Positions 62,617-64,000 of a stretch of DNA of 64,000 nucleotides are shown piece after piece. The DNA is from Podarcis bocagei (taxonomy: Eukaryota): the NCBI GenBank assembly GCA_964188305.1, contig OZ076890.1, one strand, 5' to 3'. The notes below the pieces were generated by a model, which searched no databases, was not told where the DNA came from, and was given only the letters and a program-made list of their open reading frames with translations. Every line of letters starts with the position of its first letter. Position 1 is the stretch's first letter. A program made the translations under genes and the position numbers.

Positions 62617-62983
62617 CATACCCTCCAATGTTTTTCTGATGAAAACAGGGCTGTCCTATTCCACAACAACAACAACAACAATTTTATTATTTATACCACA
62701 CCCATTTGACTGGATTGCCCTAGTCACTCTGGGCTGCTTCCACCTTATATAAAAACATAATAAAACATTAAATATTTTTAAAACTTCCCTATACAGGGCT
62801 GCCTTCAGGTGTCTTCTAAAGGCTGTATGGTTACTTATCTCCTTGGCTCAAAGGTTGCATAACTCTATAATCTCCAATAGTTCTCTGATGAAAATAGGGA
62901 CGTCCCAAGGAAAAGTAGGACATTCTGGAATCAAAAATAAATCTGGAGCTGTCCCTGGAAAATAGGGACACTTGGAGGGTCTG
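62617..62983 (-). mobile_element. Composite hAT6-like MITE carrying an L2 tail
   Basis: TIR CATACCCTCCAA/TTGGAGGGTCTG; perfect 6-bp TSD TAAGCA. Confidence 0.88.
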
Positions 62984-64000
62984 TAAGCAGTGCCTTGTCC
63001 CTTAAAACCACTGCCATGTTCCTGTTCAGGCTGTGGGCAGGAGCTGCCTTTGGATGGTTTGTTAGAAACTAGCTGGAGGGCAGTCCAGCTCTGTGGAACT
63101 ACAGCTATCTAATTGGTTTTGCTTGTGTGTGCTGTCTTTGCTTTTATTATGGGGAAACACTACGCAGCCCTTCTAATTAGATTGTTAAACATAATAGCCA
63201 AACGGCACAGCCGTGAAGAATGTGCTTCTACCCTTTTGTTAAATGTAGAACGGGACTCAGCCAAGATCCAGGATTTTTTTCCAGCCCATTTCCCCCCATC
63301 ATCAGATCTGATGGTAATGAGACTGTTTATTTTTCTTCTTCAATTAATGCAGAAGACTGTTGCCTTGATGAAGTCCAAAATAAATGTCAAAACACAATTC
63401 CAGTAGTGAACACATATCTTTCTTTATTCTGTTGTTCCTTCCTCTATTTGTTTAGAATACTCAGGCCATGGACTAATTAGTGCCCTTGTTCACTGTCTCC
63501 ACACAAAGGACAAACACAGAGAGGCTCTCTCACCCTTGGGGGTTGGCCTCTCGGCAATGGGCTTGAGAAGGCACACTGGCGGTGTGACGGCAGACATTCC
63601 CAAGGTACCCTCCGCACTGTGCTGGATTTTGAGATAAAGAGCTAAAGTTAGTAAGGGAGGATCTGTCAGGTTTAAAAGAAGCTGCGATAACAGGCAGGCC
63701 CATACAGCATCCAGAGAGAGATCTATAAATCTTGGGGGCTCTCAGAACTTTGGAAGCAAATAGGCATTTGGGATTTTAGTCAGTCCATTCTGTAGCAGCG
63801 GCTTCTGACATGCAACAGAGAAGAATTGTTGTATGCTGCTCACTCTACCCATAGGGCCAAAAAGTGGTATAAAATTGTTCTTTTAAAATATGAGTTAATA
63901 ATATTCTTTTTGTGCAGCACGATGCTGTTGTGCAAGGACTCGTGTTTGCATTGTTCATTCTCCATACAAAAAGAATATTGGCACTAATCACATCAAAACT

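Overview
Vertebrate nuclear DNA from a squamate reptile, most likely a lacertid lizard (inferred from Sauria/Squam1, Squam2- and Squam3-type SINEs together with Bov-B, CR1, L2, RTE and Penelope fragments). No convincing host protein-coding gene is present. Every ORF with a recognisable product is a retrotransposon ORF2 remnant, and the window looks like a gene desert or a large intron. It is a mosaic of SINEs with long target-site duplications (TSDs), 3' LINE fragments, at least four solo LTRs with perfect 5-bp TSDs, Tc1/mariner-pogo, hAT and Harbinger-like MITEs, microsatellites and a 143-N gap. Between these lie repeat-free AT-rich blocks carrying SOX-dimer and PBX-HOX/MEIS motifs, which look like conserved developmental enhancers. 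Most notable items: minimal hammerhead ribozymes in two Penelope remnants (one inside a perfect 77-bp palindrome); a 3-copy composite MITE with 6-bp TSDs that carries an L2 tail; two SINEs at a triplicated target site; a SINE with an inverted tail at its 5' end; several nested insertions; and one candidate 55-nt exon. Family names come from visual recognition, not database searches. I found no evidence for a wholly new biological system.
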